This document shows, in pieces, positions 23,800 through 34,847 of a DNA stretch of 64,000 nucleotides. Every line of letters begins with the position of its first letter. The first letter of the stretch is position 1. Under the pieces are notes generated by a model, which was not told the origin of the DNA, ran no database searches, and saw only the letters and a list, made by a program, of their open reading frames with translations. Source of the DNA: an uncultured Gammaproteobacteria bacterium (GTDB lineage Bacteria > Pseudomonadota > Gammaproteobacteria > JABCZS01). The stretch lies in assembly GCA_963848305.1 (NCBI GenBank), contig CAWKDC010000001.1, positions 864,001 to 928,000 on the forward strand. The letters run 5' to 3'. The position numbers and the translations under genes were made by a program.

Positions 23800-24628
23800 C
23801 TAATGCAAATACTCAGGCGTGCACTTTTCTTGAATATACTCAGTTGTCTTATGATGGCCATAAAGCATCGTCGCTGTGCCCACGGCGGTAAATAAGGGTG
23901 CAAAGAGCCCACGTGCCACTTTATTCCACTGCTCCTCATTGCCGATACCCTTATCCATCAGGTGTTCACCTATGCCAAAATCGGATGCACAAAAACTGAT
24001 ATACCACAAAAAGCCAGCGCCCAGGGTGAAGAGTGCCATGGACGCGCGGGTTAAGCGCTTTCCGTTTTCTGTGAGTGCGATATAAGGTTTAATCTCACGC
24101 TTTTTATTGTCCATTTGTTTTTCTAAATAGAGATAATGGTATAACCCTACTGCCAATGCCGAGCCAACACCTACCAGTGCACCCACGGCCAGCATGGTAT
24201 GCCAATCCTCTGTGGGTACCCAGTCTTCAGCCACCAGCCCAAAAGCCAGATCAGCCACATAGTAGCCTGCGGTGCCAGCCGACCATGTCAATACAAGCCC
24301 AAGTCGCAATTTGCGCATTGGAAATGTTGGCTGATTTTTTGTCTTTATTTAACCGATTGATCAACGCGCCCATGGCCCAGATCACGCCCAAACCAATGGC
24401 AAAAGGATACAATATCGCCGTCACATCGGTGCTGGCAAGTTCCCCTGCATTGGGATGGTCTTCGCTCAGTTTGTAATCTATCCATTGGGCACAGACTTGC
24501 CAGATCACTGCGCTCAGGATCAGGAGGATCTCGGGTTTATGATCAGCTAAGAATGTCACCGCAGTGTTATCTGAGCTAGATATAGGTGCTACCTCAAAGT
24601 CATTTCTGGAAATCTCTTCACCCCGCAT
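23800..24628 (-). CDS. Hypothetical multi-pass membrane protein, frameshift near 24285
   Basis: Two ORFs join; shares WQ...(I/L)YPF and F(L/M)WY...K(V/L)(A/V)RG...PL.T.VGT motifs with 22820-23764. Confidence 0.6.
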
Positions 24629-24724
24629 CTTTCACCTCCGCTACAAACTACATCTCTAGCTTATCCCATCTGCGATGGCATGTCAAGATGGACAACTATC
24701 TTTAAAGTCTTTAAAAACAGAGGG

Positions 24725-25324
24725 TTACAATTTTGCCTCAAGATAGCTCAAGTTATCTGACAAACATTTCATGTCAGCGTCTATAGGATTAGCCACCCAA
24801 GTCACCTTAAGCCCCGCAGCTTGCAAGGCACGGTAGGATAAAATCGCATGGTTGAGGCAACCCAGCCGCATCCCAACCACCAATATCACTGGTATATCAA
24901 ACGCTTGCATCACATCCAACAAGGTTTCCTGCTCATTGATGGGCGCATGCACGCCGCCCGCTCCCTCAAAAAAAACATGGTCGTATTGAGACATGTCTGC
25001 CGACAAACAGCGCTTGGCCACAGTCGCAGCATCTATGCGCACTCCCATTTTCGCGGCGGCAATATGCGGGCTGACAGGCGCCTCAAAACAGAAAGGATTA
25101 ACCATCTCATCAGTGGGTGCAAAATCGCTGGCAGCTTGCAACAATAGGGCATCTTGATTGCGCAAACCGACCGGTGTATGTTCCCCGCCAGAGGCAATCG
25201 GTTTCACACCCAACACTTTTTTCCCAGATTGTTTGAGTGATTGCATGAATTGCAAGGTCATATAAGTTTTGCCACAATCCGTATCGGTGCCTGTCACAAA
25301 ATAATAACGTTCAGTGAATTCCAT
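24725..25324 (-). CDS. bioD: Dethiobiotin synthase
   Basis: FVTGTDTDCGKT, KPIASG, SPHIAA, EGAGG and LGCLNHA motifs. Confidence 0.95.
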   Translation of the reverse strand: MEFTERYYFVTGTDTDCGKTYMTLQFMQSLKQSGKKVLGVKPIASGGEHTPVGLRNQDALLLQAASDFAPTDEMVNPFCFEAPVSPHIAAAKMGVRIDAATVAKRCLSADMSQYDHVFFEGAGGVHAPINEQETLLDVMQAFDIPVILVVGMRLGCLNHAILSYRALQAAGLKVTWVANPIDADMKCLSDNLSYLEAKL

Positions 25325-25325
25325 G

Positions 25326-26123
25326 TTATTTCCTCCCCTGAATCGCTGAGATGGGAATCGCAACTTCACCATGTTTAACAGGCTGCTCTGCCCGCTTCTC
25401 CGCCATGCCGTAATTGATTTCATAGGTGGCTGGATATACATCATCGACTCGCATCTCATCGTATGCAGCAGCGACAGCATTTAATTGATCCTGATCAAAC
25501 GCATAACTTCCAGTGCCTTTTAAATCTTCCCATAAACCATGAAGACTGCGATACGTGAGTGTGACCCATTCTGCATTCATCACGGGTTGAAAAAATCCGA
25601 TATGCAATAACATATCGCCTATGGGATGCAAATCCACATAATCCTTCAAGTGTACTTGTTGCCCACTCGCAACAAATGCCGAACGCAATTCTTTGAGTGT
25701 ATCAACACCGAATGTTGAAAACATTAAAAAACCACCAACAGCCAACCATGCGTAACACCGTTCCAACAATCTCGGCAAATCGGCGTGATCTTCTGGAAAA
25801 CAATTAAAAATGATCGCATCAAACTGCCCCGCACGAAACGCAGATTGGAAAATATCTTGTTTTAAAAAAATCACATTCGGGAGATTTTTTTCTTTGGCGA
25901 TGGCGAGCATATTATCCGAACTGTCAATGGCGGTGATAGCTGCATCGGGATACATTGCAGATAATTTGGCCGTCAAAAAACCTGTCGCACATGCGATTTC
26001 TAAAATCCGCGACGGCTTGGCTTTAAAAAAAGATAACCGATCGATAAGGCGATCGGCAATTTCATGCTGCAATACCGCATAATGATCGTAGCTCCTGGCA
26101 ATCAGATCATATCGATTGTCCAT
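25326..26123 (-). CDS. bioC: Malonyl-ACP O-methyltransferase BioC
   Basis: YDHYAVLQHEIA, SAM motif LEIACATG, STFG.DTLKEL and YPATYE; bio operon context. Confidence 0.9.
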   Translation of the reverse strand: MDNRYDLIARSYDHYAVLQHEIADRLIDRLSFFKAKPSRILEIACATGFLTAKLSAMYPDAAITAIDSSDNMLAIAKEKNLPNVIFLKQDIFQSAFRAGQFDAIIFNCFPEDHADLPRLLERCYAWLAVGGFLMFSTFGVDTLKELRSAFVASGQQVHLKDYVDLHPIGDMLLHIGFFQPVMNAEWVTLTYRSLHGLWEDLKGTGSYAFDQDQLNAVAAAYDEMRVDDVYPATYEINYGMAEKRAEQPVKHGEVAIPISAIQGRK

Positions 26124-27267
26124 GGCATACCTCCTCAATGGCTGTTAATAATGTATCGATGTCCGCTTGTGTGTGTAATGCAGTGAGTGTGAAACGCAAA
26201 CGGGGCTTGTCGATTGGCACAGTGGGATAGCGGATCACCGGTACCCAAATATATTTTGCTTTTAAAGCATCGCCCATTTTTTGTGCCGCCTCAATGCTAG
26301 GGCACATCAGTGATTGAATGGGAGAATCACTGGGATATAAATCTACTCCCATCGATTGCATTTTTTCACGAAAATAATGGATCATGGCACGTAAATGCGT
26401 GCGCGCTACATCGCTCTGTTGCACGCAATCTACCGCACACGTCACAGCTGATGCAATCATCGGTGAGATCGCGGTTGTGAATAAATAAGGCCTCGCTGAT
26501 TGCATGATCATATCAATATGATCGGCTCGCCCCGCCAACATCGCTCCAGACACCCCCAAGGCTTTACCGAATGTGCCCATCACCACGGGAACATCCTCTT
26601 GCGTTAAACCGTGTTCAGCCACGCAGCCCTGCCCTTGAGGTCCATACAAACCAAATGCATGCGCTTCATCGACCAACAATGTGGCGTGTGATTGATGGGC
26701 AATGTCTGACAAGCCGCGCAAATCCGCGGCGTCCCCTTCCATGCTAAATACCGATTCGGTGACAATGAAGCCTGTCCCATCATGAGGCAAACATTTTTTG
26801 GCAGCATCCACATTCAAATGTGCGTACCGTTTAAATCGTGCACCACTCATGCGCATGCCATCGATCAAAGAAGCATGATTGTGTTTATCTGCAGCAATAA
26901 AATCGCTGGGGTTCACCAGGGATGACAACATCGCAAGATTGGCTTGATAGCCACTCGAGAATAATAAAACTTTATCTCGCTGCAACCACGCTGATAAAGC
27001 ATGACACAACGCTTCATGTGCTGCTGTAAAACCAGACAATGTATTGGCTGCGCCTGATCCCAAACCGAATTGGCGCATGCCTGCAATGGCCGCTTCTATC
27101 AAACGGTGATCCGCTGACAAGCCCAAATAATCATTGCTGTTAAAATTTAAATAACGCTTGCCTTGATAATCGACAAAACGAGATTGTGACGATTCGCGCA
27201 CATGATGCGTACGCCACAACCCTGCTTCACGCAAAGCAGACAATGTCGTGCCATAGCGATCAGGCAC
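26107..27267 (-). CDS. bioF: 8-amino-7-oxononanoate synthase
   Basis: [28 protein letters not shown] and GTFGKALG motifs. Confidence 0.96.
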   Translation of the reverse strand: MPDRYGTTLSALREAGLWRTHHVRESSQSRFVDYQGKRYLNFNSNDYLGLSADHRLIEAAIAGMRQFGLGSGAANTLSGFTAAHEALCHALSAWLQRDKVLLFSSGYQANLAMLSSLVNPSDFIAADKHNHASLIDGMRMSGARFKRYAHLNVDAAKKCLPHDGTGFIVTESVFSMEGDAADLRGLSDIAHQSHATLLVDEAHAFGLYGPQGQGCVAEHGLTQEDVPVVMGTFGKALGVSGAMLAGRADHIDMIMQSARPYLFTTAISPMIASAVTCAVDCVQQSDVARTHLRAMIHYFREKMQSMGVDLYPSDSPIQSLMCPSIEAAQKMGDALKAKYIWVPVIRYPTVPIDKPRLRFTLTALHTQADIDTLLTAIEEVCHGQSI

Positions 27268-28213
27268 AAGCCACCGGCGAGATGCCTAACGATGAAAACA
27301 ACGCTTGATCTTTCTCGACACCAGGCAAATCCGTCGTCAATAATTTTTCACCATAGTGAATGGAGTTCGCGCCTGCAAAAAAGCACAGTGCTTGCAATTC
27401 ATCACTCATGCTGTTACGACCGGCGCTCAGACGTACATACGCAGTCGGCATCATGATACGTGCCAATGCCACCATACGTGCAAATTCAATCGCACCAATT
27501 TGTTGTTGTTTGGCAAGTGGTGTGCCGGGAATAGGCACCAACATATTGATCGGCACACTTTCTGGGTAAGGATCAAGCTGAGACAATTCAATCAATAAAT
27601 TGAAACGATCTTCTAAAGATTCGCCCAAATTTAAAATGCCGCCACAACAGACTGATATACCGGCTTCCCGCACATTTTTGATCGTATCAAGACGATCATC
27701 ATATGCTCGCGTGGTGATCACTTCAGGATAATATTCGCGCGAGGTATCCAAATTATGGTTGTAATAATCAAGGCCGGCATCTTTCAAGGTTTTCGCTTGT
27801 TCGACAGACAACATCCCAGCGGTTAAACATGTTTCAAGCCCGCGCGCTTTGACTTCCTTGACCATCTCGATCAACGCAGGCATGGCATGATCGGGCGGGC
27901 TGCGCCAGGCGGCACCCATGCAAAAACGTGTGGCGCCTGTTGCTTTGGCTTTATCCGCGGCTTCGCAGATTTTTTGGCAAGACATGAGTTTTTCTTTTTC
28001 AAGTCCTGTTTTATAATGCCCGCTCTGAGAACAATATTTACAATCTTCAGGACACGCACCCGTTTTGATGCTTAAAATGGTGGAAATTTGTACTTGATTG
28101 GGCGGAAAATGTTCCCGATGAATGGTTTGTGCTTGCATCAGCAAATCATTGAATGGCTGATGGTATAATGCAGCGACTTCAGCCAATGTCCAGGTGTTAG
28201 GGTGTTGTGCCAT
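27260..28213 (-). CDS. bioB: Biotin synthase
   Basis: [24 protein letters not shown] and VRLSAGR motifs. Confidence 0.98.
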   Translation of the reverse strand: MAQHPNTWTLAEVAALYHQPFNDLLMQAQTIHREHFPPNQVQISTILSIKTGACPEDCKYCSQSGHYKTGLEKEKLMSCQKICEAADKAKATGATRFCMGAAWRSPPDHAMPALIEMVKEVKARGLETCLTAGMLSVEQAKTLKDAGLDYYNHNLDTSREYYPEVITTRAYDDRLDTIKNVREAGISVCCGGILNLGESLEDRFNLLIELSQLDPYPESVPINMLVPIPGTPLAKQQQIGAIEFARMVALARIMMPTAYVRLSAGRNSMSDELQALCFFAGANSIHYGEKLLTTDLPGVEKDQALFSSLGISPVACA

Positions 28214-28266
28214 GAGGGTTCTCCAAAAAACGTATATTGACTATTTTAATGGTAAATGTCAAGAAA

Positions 28267-28930
28267 ATGAAAAGAATAAAACTATACAATTGCCTGATCT
28301 GCCTAGCCGCCTGCGAAACCTATTGCTGCCCTGCCTGCCTATCTGAGCTGCCATTTGTTCGGTTCCATTGCCTGGCCTGTCAGAGATCATCGAAGCTTCC
28401 TAACTCATATTGCGTGCCTTGTCGAGAAAAACCTTCATACATTCCCTTTACCGTACCTTTGTTATATGAACCGCCCATTTCCCACATCATTGGGGCGTTC
28501 AAACTTGGGCAACAAGAGCATTTGTGCGTTCCGTTGGCAAACCTATTCGCTGAGCAGTACCCGACTGACGCGCCCAAACCGGACCTTCTTGATCCCTGTC
28601 CCTTCTCACCCCAAGCGCATGTGGGAACGGGGATATAATCCTGCCTTGTTGATTGCACGTCGCATCGGCAAACTGCTGAATATCCCTGTCGATGACCGAG
28701 CAGTGAAACGATCCCGTCACACGCCGCCTCAACGCCTGCAAACCAAACGCGATCGTTCACATAATTTGAAGGAAGCTTTTCAGATGATCAAACCATTGCC
28801 AGCATTAAACATCGCATTGGTGGATGATGTCGTGACCACAGGAGAAACCTTGCGCGCATTGGCGCAAACAGTATCACCCCATGTAAAAAGTGTGGTATTT
28901 TGGGCCATTGCAGAAAAGGAATCACAATGA
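28267..28930 (+). CDS. comF: ComF family protein, frameshift near 28585
   Basis: Double zinc ribbon (CxxC repeats), IPVP.H..R..ERGYN and LVDDVVTTG; divergent from bioB. Confidence 0.85.
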
Positions 28931-30999
28931 ACAAATACTTTTTATCCGCATTGAACGTCTTGCCCAAAGTCGGCAGTCAAATTCAACAAAAATGTGCAAA
29001 ACTGGGGCTGCACACCCTTCAAGATTGTCTCTTTCACCTGCCGACTCGGTACCAGGATCGCACCCGCATTTATCCTATTCGGTCTTTGAGAGAGGGTGAT
29101 CAAGTCACTGTGGAAGGATATATTATCGCCAGCAATATTGCACTGGGGCGGCGCCGCATGTTGCGCGTGCATGTTCAAGATAAATCCGGCATCTTATTTC
29201 TGCGTTTTTTTCATTTTTATCCTCAGCAACAAGCCAAAATGGCGCCGGGCTTAAAAATCCGTTGTTTTGGCGAGGTGAGGCGTGTGGGCATGCAACTCGA
29301 AATGACACATCCTGAATATACACTCGGTGACGCCGAAAGCATGCCCGATGTTCAAACCAGCATGACGCCGCTATATCCCCTCACCGAAGGGATCACGCAA
29401 CCTACCATGCGCAAGCTGATCAAAACCGTATTAAATACGCTTGAACATCAACACTTACCAGATTTTCTGCCGAGTGATCTCGCTGCACAATTTGGTTTCC
29501 CCTCTTTGAAAGATGCGCTGTTATTTTGTCATGAACCCCCGCCTGATGCCTCGATTGAACAATTGGAAGCCCACACACATCCCGCGCAACGGCGTTTGGC
29601 GTTTGAGGAGTTGCTCGCACATCATTTAAGTTCAATGCTTTTTCGTGCTCGTGAACAATCTCAACCTGCTTACCCCTGCGGCAAGACTGCCCTGCGCGAT
29701 GCATTGCGCAACGGATTGCCCTATCAACTCACCCCGCCTCAAGCACACGTGGTCTCGGAAATTTCTGCTGATTTAAAAAACACAAAACCCATGATGCGTT
29801 TATTGCAAGGCGATGTCGGCAGCGGCAAGACCATTGTCGCGGCACTCAGCATGCTGCAAGCGGTTGAGAGTGGTTATCAAGCCGCTTTGATGGCGCCCAC
29901 AGAATTACTCGCTGAGCAACATCTTGAATCTTTTAAACAGTGGATGGCGCCTTTTGGCATAGAGATTGCATTTCTGTCGAGCAAACTCACGTCCAAAGCC
30001 AAAAAAGACACCTACGAAGCCATTCTATCTGGGCACGCACGCATAGTGATAGGCACGCATGCACTCGTCCAAGAATCGCTCGCGTTTCAACAACTCGGTT
30101 TGGTCGTGATCGATGAGCAACACCGATTCGGTGTGGATCAGCGTTTGGCCATCTCTAAAAAAAGCAAAGACGGCACTGTGCCCCATCAACTCATCATGAC
30201 TGCCACGCCCATTCCGCGCACACTCGCCATGACAGCTTACGCAGATCTCGATGTCTCTATCATCGATGCTTTGCCCGCGGGTCGGCAGCCCATCACTACT
30301 GTCGCCATTCCTCAAGCAAGGCGGCAAGAAGTGATCGCGCGTGTACATGAAGCTTGTCTCCAAGGCAAACAAGCCTACTGGGTGTGCACATTGATTGAAG
30401 AATCGGAAAATTTTAATGCACAAGATGCCATGGCACTTGAAGCTGCTTTGCAGCAAGCCTTGTCTGGCATCCGAGTGGGATTGATACATGGCAAAATGAA
30501 ACCGAATGAAAAAGAAACCGTGATGCAATCTTTCATCCACAACGAGATCCAATTATTGATCGCCACCACTGTGATTGAAGTCGGCGTGAACGTACCGAAT
30601 GCCAGTTTGATGATCATTGAAAACCCCGAGCGTTTGGGGTTGGCACAACTCCATCAATTGCGCGGGCGCGTGGGCCGTGGACATGAAAAATCCCATTGTG
30701 TCTTGTTACATGATGCTCCTTTATCGTTCATGGCCCGTGAGCGTTTAAAAACCATGCGCGAAACACAGGACGGATTTTTCATTGCGGAAAAAGATTTGCA
30801 ATTGCGTGGCCCGGGAGAATGGTTGGGCACGCGTCAAACAGGCAGTACTTTGTATAAAATTGCGGATTTGTCCCGTGATGGCGTCTTGTTGCCGCAAGTC
30901 AAAGCATGTGCGTCTCTTTTATTGGCACAATATCCCGAGCAAGCTCAAGCATTGATTGAACGCTGGCTCAAGCATCACATGGCCTATGGGATGGTGTGA
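28927..30999 (+). CDS. recG: ATP-dependent DNA helicase RecG
   Basis: HLPTRYQDRT, QGDVGSGKT, DEQH, MTATPIPRTL and QLRGRVGRG motifs. Confidence 0.98.
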   Translation: MNKYFLSALNVLPKVGSQIQQKCAKLGLHTLQDCLFHLPTRYQDRTRIYPIRSLREGDQVTVEGYIIASNIALGRRRMLRVHVQDKSGILFLRFFHFYPQQQAKMAPGLKIRCFGEVRRVGMQLEMTHPEYTLGDAESMPDVQTSMTPLYPLTEGITQPTMRKLIKTVLNTLEHQHLPDFLPSDLAAQFGFPSLKDALLFCHEPPPDASIEQLEAHTHPAQRRLAFEELLAHHLSSMLFRAREQSQPAYPCGKTALRDALRNGLPYQLTPPQAHVVSEISADLKNTKPMMRLLQGDVGSGKTIVAALSMLQAVESGYQAALMAPTELLAEQHLESFKQWMAPFGIEIAFLSSKLTSKAKKDTYEAILSGHARIVIGTHALVQESLAFQQLGLVVIDEQHRFGVDQRLAISKKSKDGTVPHQLIMTATPIPRTLAMTAYADLDVSIIDALPAGRQPITTVAIPQARRQEVIARVHEACLQGKQAYWVCTLIEESENFNAQDAMALEAALQQALSGIRVGLIHGKMKPNEKETVMQSFIHNEIQLLIATTVIEVGVNVPNASLMIIENPERLGLAQLHQLRGRVGRGHEKSHCVLLHDAPLSFMARERLKTMRETQDGFFIAEKDLQLRGPGEWLGTRQTGSTLYKIADLSRDGVLLPQVKACASLLLAQYPEQAQALIERWLKHHMAYGMV

Positions 31000-31055
31000 T
31001 TTTTTCGCTAAAGTAGCGTATGCTTATCTCAATAAACTTGCACGAGACATTTGTC

Positions 31056-32122
31056 ATGGAAAAATTACCCCTCTTTAGAATCATCTTCATCATCATTGGC
31101 ATTGGGTTGATCGGATTTGGATGTCTGCTCATTGTGCACCCATTTCTCCCGGCCATGTTACTGGCCGTTATTTTTTGCCTGGCCACCTGGCCCGCATTCA
31201 GTATCATCGAAAAAAAAGTCGGTGGCCGCAGTTGGCTAGCAGCCCTCATCATGACTACCCTGTTGTTCCTCGGTTTTCTGCTTCCCCTGGTTTTCTTGGG
31301 GTCTAGCCTAGCGGACAGTGTCATGCAATTTGTTAAATTCGTTGTAGATGCCTTTAGGGAAGGGCACGGCCAAGTACCTGATTGGGTCTCGCGTTTACCC
31401 CTTTGGACACAACAATATGTCAAGGATTTTTGGGCGAACTATCTGAAAAGTGGGCAGCAAATGGTGGAAGGCTTAACCAAGCATGCTGGGCCTTGTCGCA
31501 ATATGCCATTTATGTTGGCAGTAAAATTGGTCACGGGTTTGTGGATTTGTCATTAGGGCTTTTCATTTCATTCTTTTTCTTCAGCTATGGCGCACAAACT
31601 GTTCAACGCATTGGTATCTTGATGGAGCGGATCATCGGCCAACGGGGCTTGTATCTCTTGCAAATCACCAAAGATACATTGATCAGCGTGATATACGGTG
31701 TCCTCGGCACTGCATTAGCGCAAGGCGCTGTTGCTGGCATTGGCTTTTGGATCGCCAATGTGCCTGGTGCGACCTTTCTGGGATTTGTGACAATCCTCAT
31801 GTCACTCATTCCTGGCGGGCCACCCATTATCTGGATCCCCGTCACTATTTGGCTTTTTCTGGAAGGTCATCTTGGCATGGGGATTTTCATGTCAATTTGG
31901 GGACTCTTTGCCATCAGTGGCGTTGACAACATATTACGACCCTATTTCATCAGCCTGGGAAGTGATTTGCCCCTTTTATTGGTCTTGCTGGGCGTCTTGG
32001 GCGGATTACTGGCTTTTGGTTTTATCGGACTCTTTATCGGCCCAACCCTGTTGGCTTTGGCTTACACGCTTATCCTTGAATGGAGCCACGAGGAAGAAAG
32101 ACGCCTGGAGCCCGAGGCTTGA
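31056..32122 (+). CDS. AI-2E family transporter (YdiK-like), frameshift near 31490
   Basis: PFLPAMLLAV, TALAQG, DNILRP and GVLGGLLAFGFIGLFIGP motifs. Confidence 0.88.
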
Positions 32123-32142
32123 GTTTGTTATAATGCGAGGCT

Positions 32143-33091
32143 ATGCAGTACAATCCTTGGACATTTTGTGTCGCCCCCATGATGGGCTGGGCAGGACCGC
32201 CACTTCCGTTATTTCTTTCGGTTGGCGTCCAAACGCGCGCGCTTATACACTGAAATGGTCACCACAGGTGCATTATTGCATGGCGATGCCGCACGTTTTT
32301 TGGCGTATGATCCCGCTGAACATCCTCTCGCATTGCAACTCGGCGGCAGCGATCCCATCGCCCTCGCCCGTTGTGCGCGCATGGCGCATGATGCAGGATA
32401 TGCAGAAGTGAACCTGAATGTTGGCTGTCCCAGCGATCGCGTGAAGTCTGGTCATTTTGGGGCATGCTTGATGGCAGAACCGCAGCGTGTGGCAGACAGT
32501 GTGGCGGCCATGTGTGCAGCTGTCCCTATTCCTATCACCGTCAAAACCCGAATAGGTATTGATCACCTTGATTCACTCGAATATTTTGAATCTTTTCTCA
32601 ATACTGTTGCACAAGGTGGCTGCCGTGTGTTCATTGTGCACGCACGCAAAGCGTGGTTGTCTGGATTGAGCCCGAAAGAAAACCGTGAAATTCCTCCGCT
32701 GGATGTCGAGCGTGTGCGCATCGTGAAATCTAATTATCCCGACTGGACCATCGTCCTGAATGGCGGCTTGAAATCTTTACCTGATTGTCAAACAGCATTA
32801 AACACATTTGATGGCGTGATGGTCGGGCGTGCAATTTATCATGACCTGTATCAATTTGTAAGTTTAGATTCAGTTTTGTTTGGGAAAGGAGAAATGATTT
32901 CCCGCGAGGAATGGCTTGCCCGTTTTGAACCCTACATGCACATGCAATCCCAAAATGGCGTTCCCTTGAAAAGCATGAAGAGGCATTTGCTGAACCTTTA
33001 CAATGGACAGCCGGGAGCAAGAGGATGGCGGAGGGAGTTATGCTCATCTGGTGCGGGTGAGATTGGCCAAATAGAGCCGTTTGCTGGATAG
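32143..33091 (+). CDS. dusA: tRNA-dihydrouridine synthase A, frameshift near 32193
   Basis: 5' frame reads FCVAPMMGW, then DRHFRYF..LYTEMV, NLNVGCPSDRV and HARKAWLSGLSPKENRE. Confidence 0.93.
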
Positions 33092-33257
33092 TGGGAAATA
33101 TTGAACTTGTTGATTTCGGCCGTTTCAATGTGTACCCCGCCCGGGATTTGTACAGCATCAGAACGGCCGAAAACACCATACTACACATTGCTTAAAGCAT
33201 AGCATAATTTTTCCAATTGGCATGGTATAATCCCTGCCTCTCATTATTTCTGGATGC

Positions 33258-34106
33258 ATGATCATGTCGCTCAATATCGCTTTTAAAAACAAACTATTCC
33301 AACGTTGGATGACGCTTTTTTTTGGATGGCTGTCCCGCTGCCCCATCCGAATCGTCAAAAACAAATTGATCCGCATGTTTGATCAACGCTTTGATATTTG
33401 CTGGGAAGATGCAGAATACACAACCCCTGAAGGCTATGCCGATTTCAACGCTTTTTTTTCACGAAGACTCAAACCTGGCAGGCGCCCCTTCATGCCACTG
33501 CCCGCAATGGTATCTCCGGTGGATGGTTTCATCAGCCAAATCGGCACGATTCGCGGCGAGCAATTGTTTCAAGCGAAAGGACATGTCTATTCACTCGTCG
33601 ATTTATTGGCGGGCAATCACACCATGGCGCAGGCTTTTCAAGACGGTGCATTTGCGACACTCTATCTTTCCCCTAAAGACTATCACCGTGTGCACACACC
33701 GCTTGATGCGCGCGTGACGGCCATGACATTTGTTCCCGGCACTTTGTTTCCTGTGAATGATCTATCCGTGAATGAAACACCGCAACTGTTTGCACGCAAT
33801 GAACGGTTGATCTGTTATATGGAAACGTCGCTCGGGCCAATGGCGATCATTTTAGTGGCCGCATTAAATGTCGGCAGTATGTTTACGCCGTGGCATGGTG
33901 TGGTGAACGCGGATGGCGTGCACACGTGGGATTACCGCGATAATCCGATTGTGTTAGCCAGGGGTGATGAAATCGGCGGTTTTTTAATGGGTTCGACGGC
34001 CATTATCTTATTGCCGAAAAATACCGTTCAGTGGGACGCATTGCCGAACCAAACTAGGATTGTGTTGGGACAAAGGATTGGGCTCTTGAGTTCTGGCTCG
34101 GTATAA
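33258..34106 (+). CDS. psd: Phosphatidylserine decarboxylase proenzyme
   Basis: FNAFFSR, SPVDG, YLSPKDYHRVH, LFARNER and GST cleavage site. Confidence 0.95.
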   Translation: MIMSLNIAFKNKLFQRWMTLFFGWLSRCPIRIVKNKLIRMFDQRFDICWEDAEYTTPEGYADFNAFFSRRLKPGRRPFMPLPAMVSPVDGFISQIGTIRGEQLFQAKGHVYSLVDLLAGNHTMAQAFQDGAFATLYLSPKDYHRVHTPLDARVTAMTFVPGTLFPVNDLSVNETPQLFARNERLICYMETSLGPMAIILVAALNVGSMFTPWHGVVNADGVHTWDYRDNPIVLARGDEIGGFLMGSTAIILLPKNTVQWDALPNQTRIVLGQRIGLLSSGSV

Positions 34107-34142
34107 TCATTTATATGGAGCCAAAACTTAAATCTGCTGGGG

Positions 34143-34682
34143 TTGTATGCAAGCATTCATTTTTCGAGAATCAGAAATCAAGGTCTTATCACAGGTCCTA
34201 AAATCACCCCATGCAGAGATGAATACTGTCTATTCTATTTAAAATGGATAGAACCCACTCAACGTCATGATATGTGGTACGAATGGGCAGGTTATGCTTT
34301 TGAAAATATCTGCATGAAACACGTTGAAAAAATTCGTGAAGCACTGGAATTACAGCACATAGGATGCACTGTCTCCAGCTGGAAATTCATTCCAAAATCT
34401 GGCGAACAATCCAATGGCGCTCAAATTGATTTGCTATTTGACCGTGACGATGAGGTCATTACACTATGCGAAATAAAATTTTCTGACAAACCCTGTTCAA
34501 TCACCAAAGAATACGCCAAATCACTCGTTCAAAAAATGGATGTTTTTCAGGCCAGCACTAAAACTTCGAAGCAGCTGATGCTAGCCATGATCTGCACCCA
34601 AGGATTGAAACCCAATCTCTGGTTCCGAAGACCTAGTTCAGGCTGTTGTAACACTCGAAGACTTGTTTGTATGATCGATTAA
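34143..34682 (+). pseudogene. 3' remnant of an AAA-ATPase/PD-(D/E)XK (DUF234-like) gene
   Basis: DEY.LFYLKWIEP, WAGYAFENIC and GAQIDLLFDR...CEIKF motifs; no Walker A or N-terminal ATPase part. Confidence 0.65.
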
Positions 34683-34847
34683 AAAAATCGTCCTATTCAC
34701 CAAAAAGGATTCTGGAGCTTCAAAATGTGCCTATAAGAATGATGTTTTTCCGCATTGTCATGGGCCTAATAAAGCACAGGCTGAATGAGCTTTAGTTGAA
34801 AGGCAGCATGATTCATCCATACATTCGTGGAGCCTGTCTTCAGAAAT

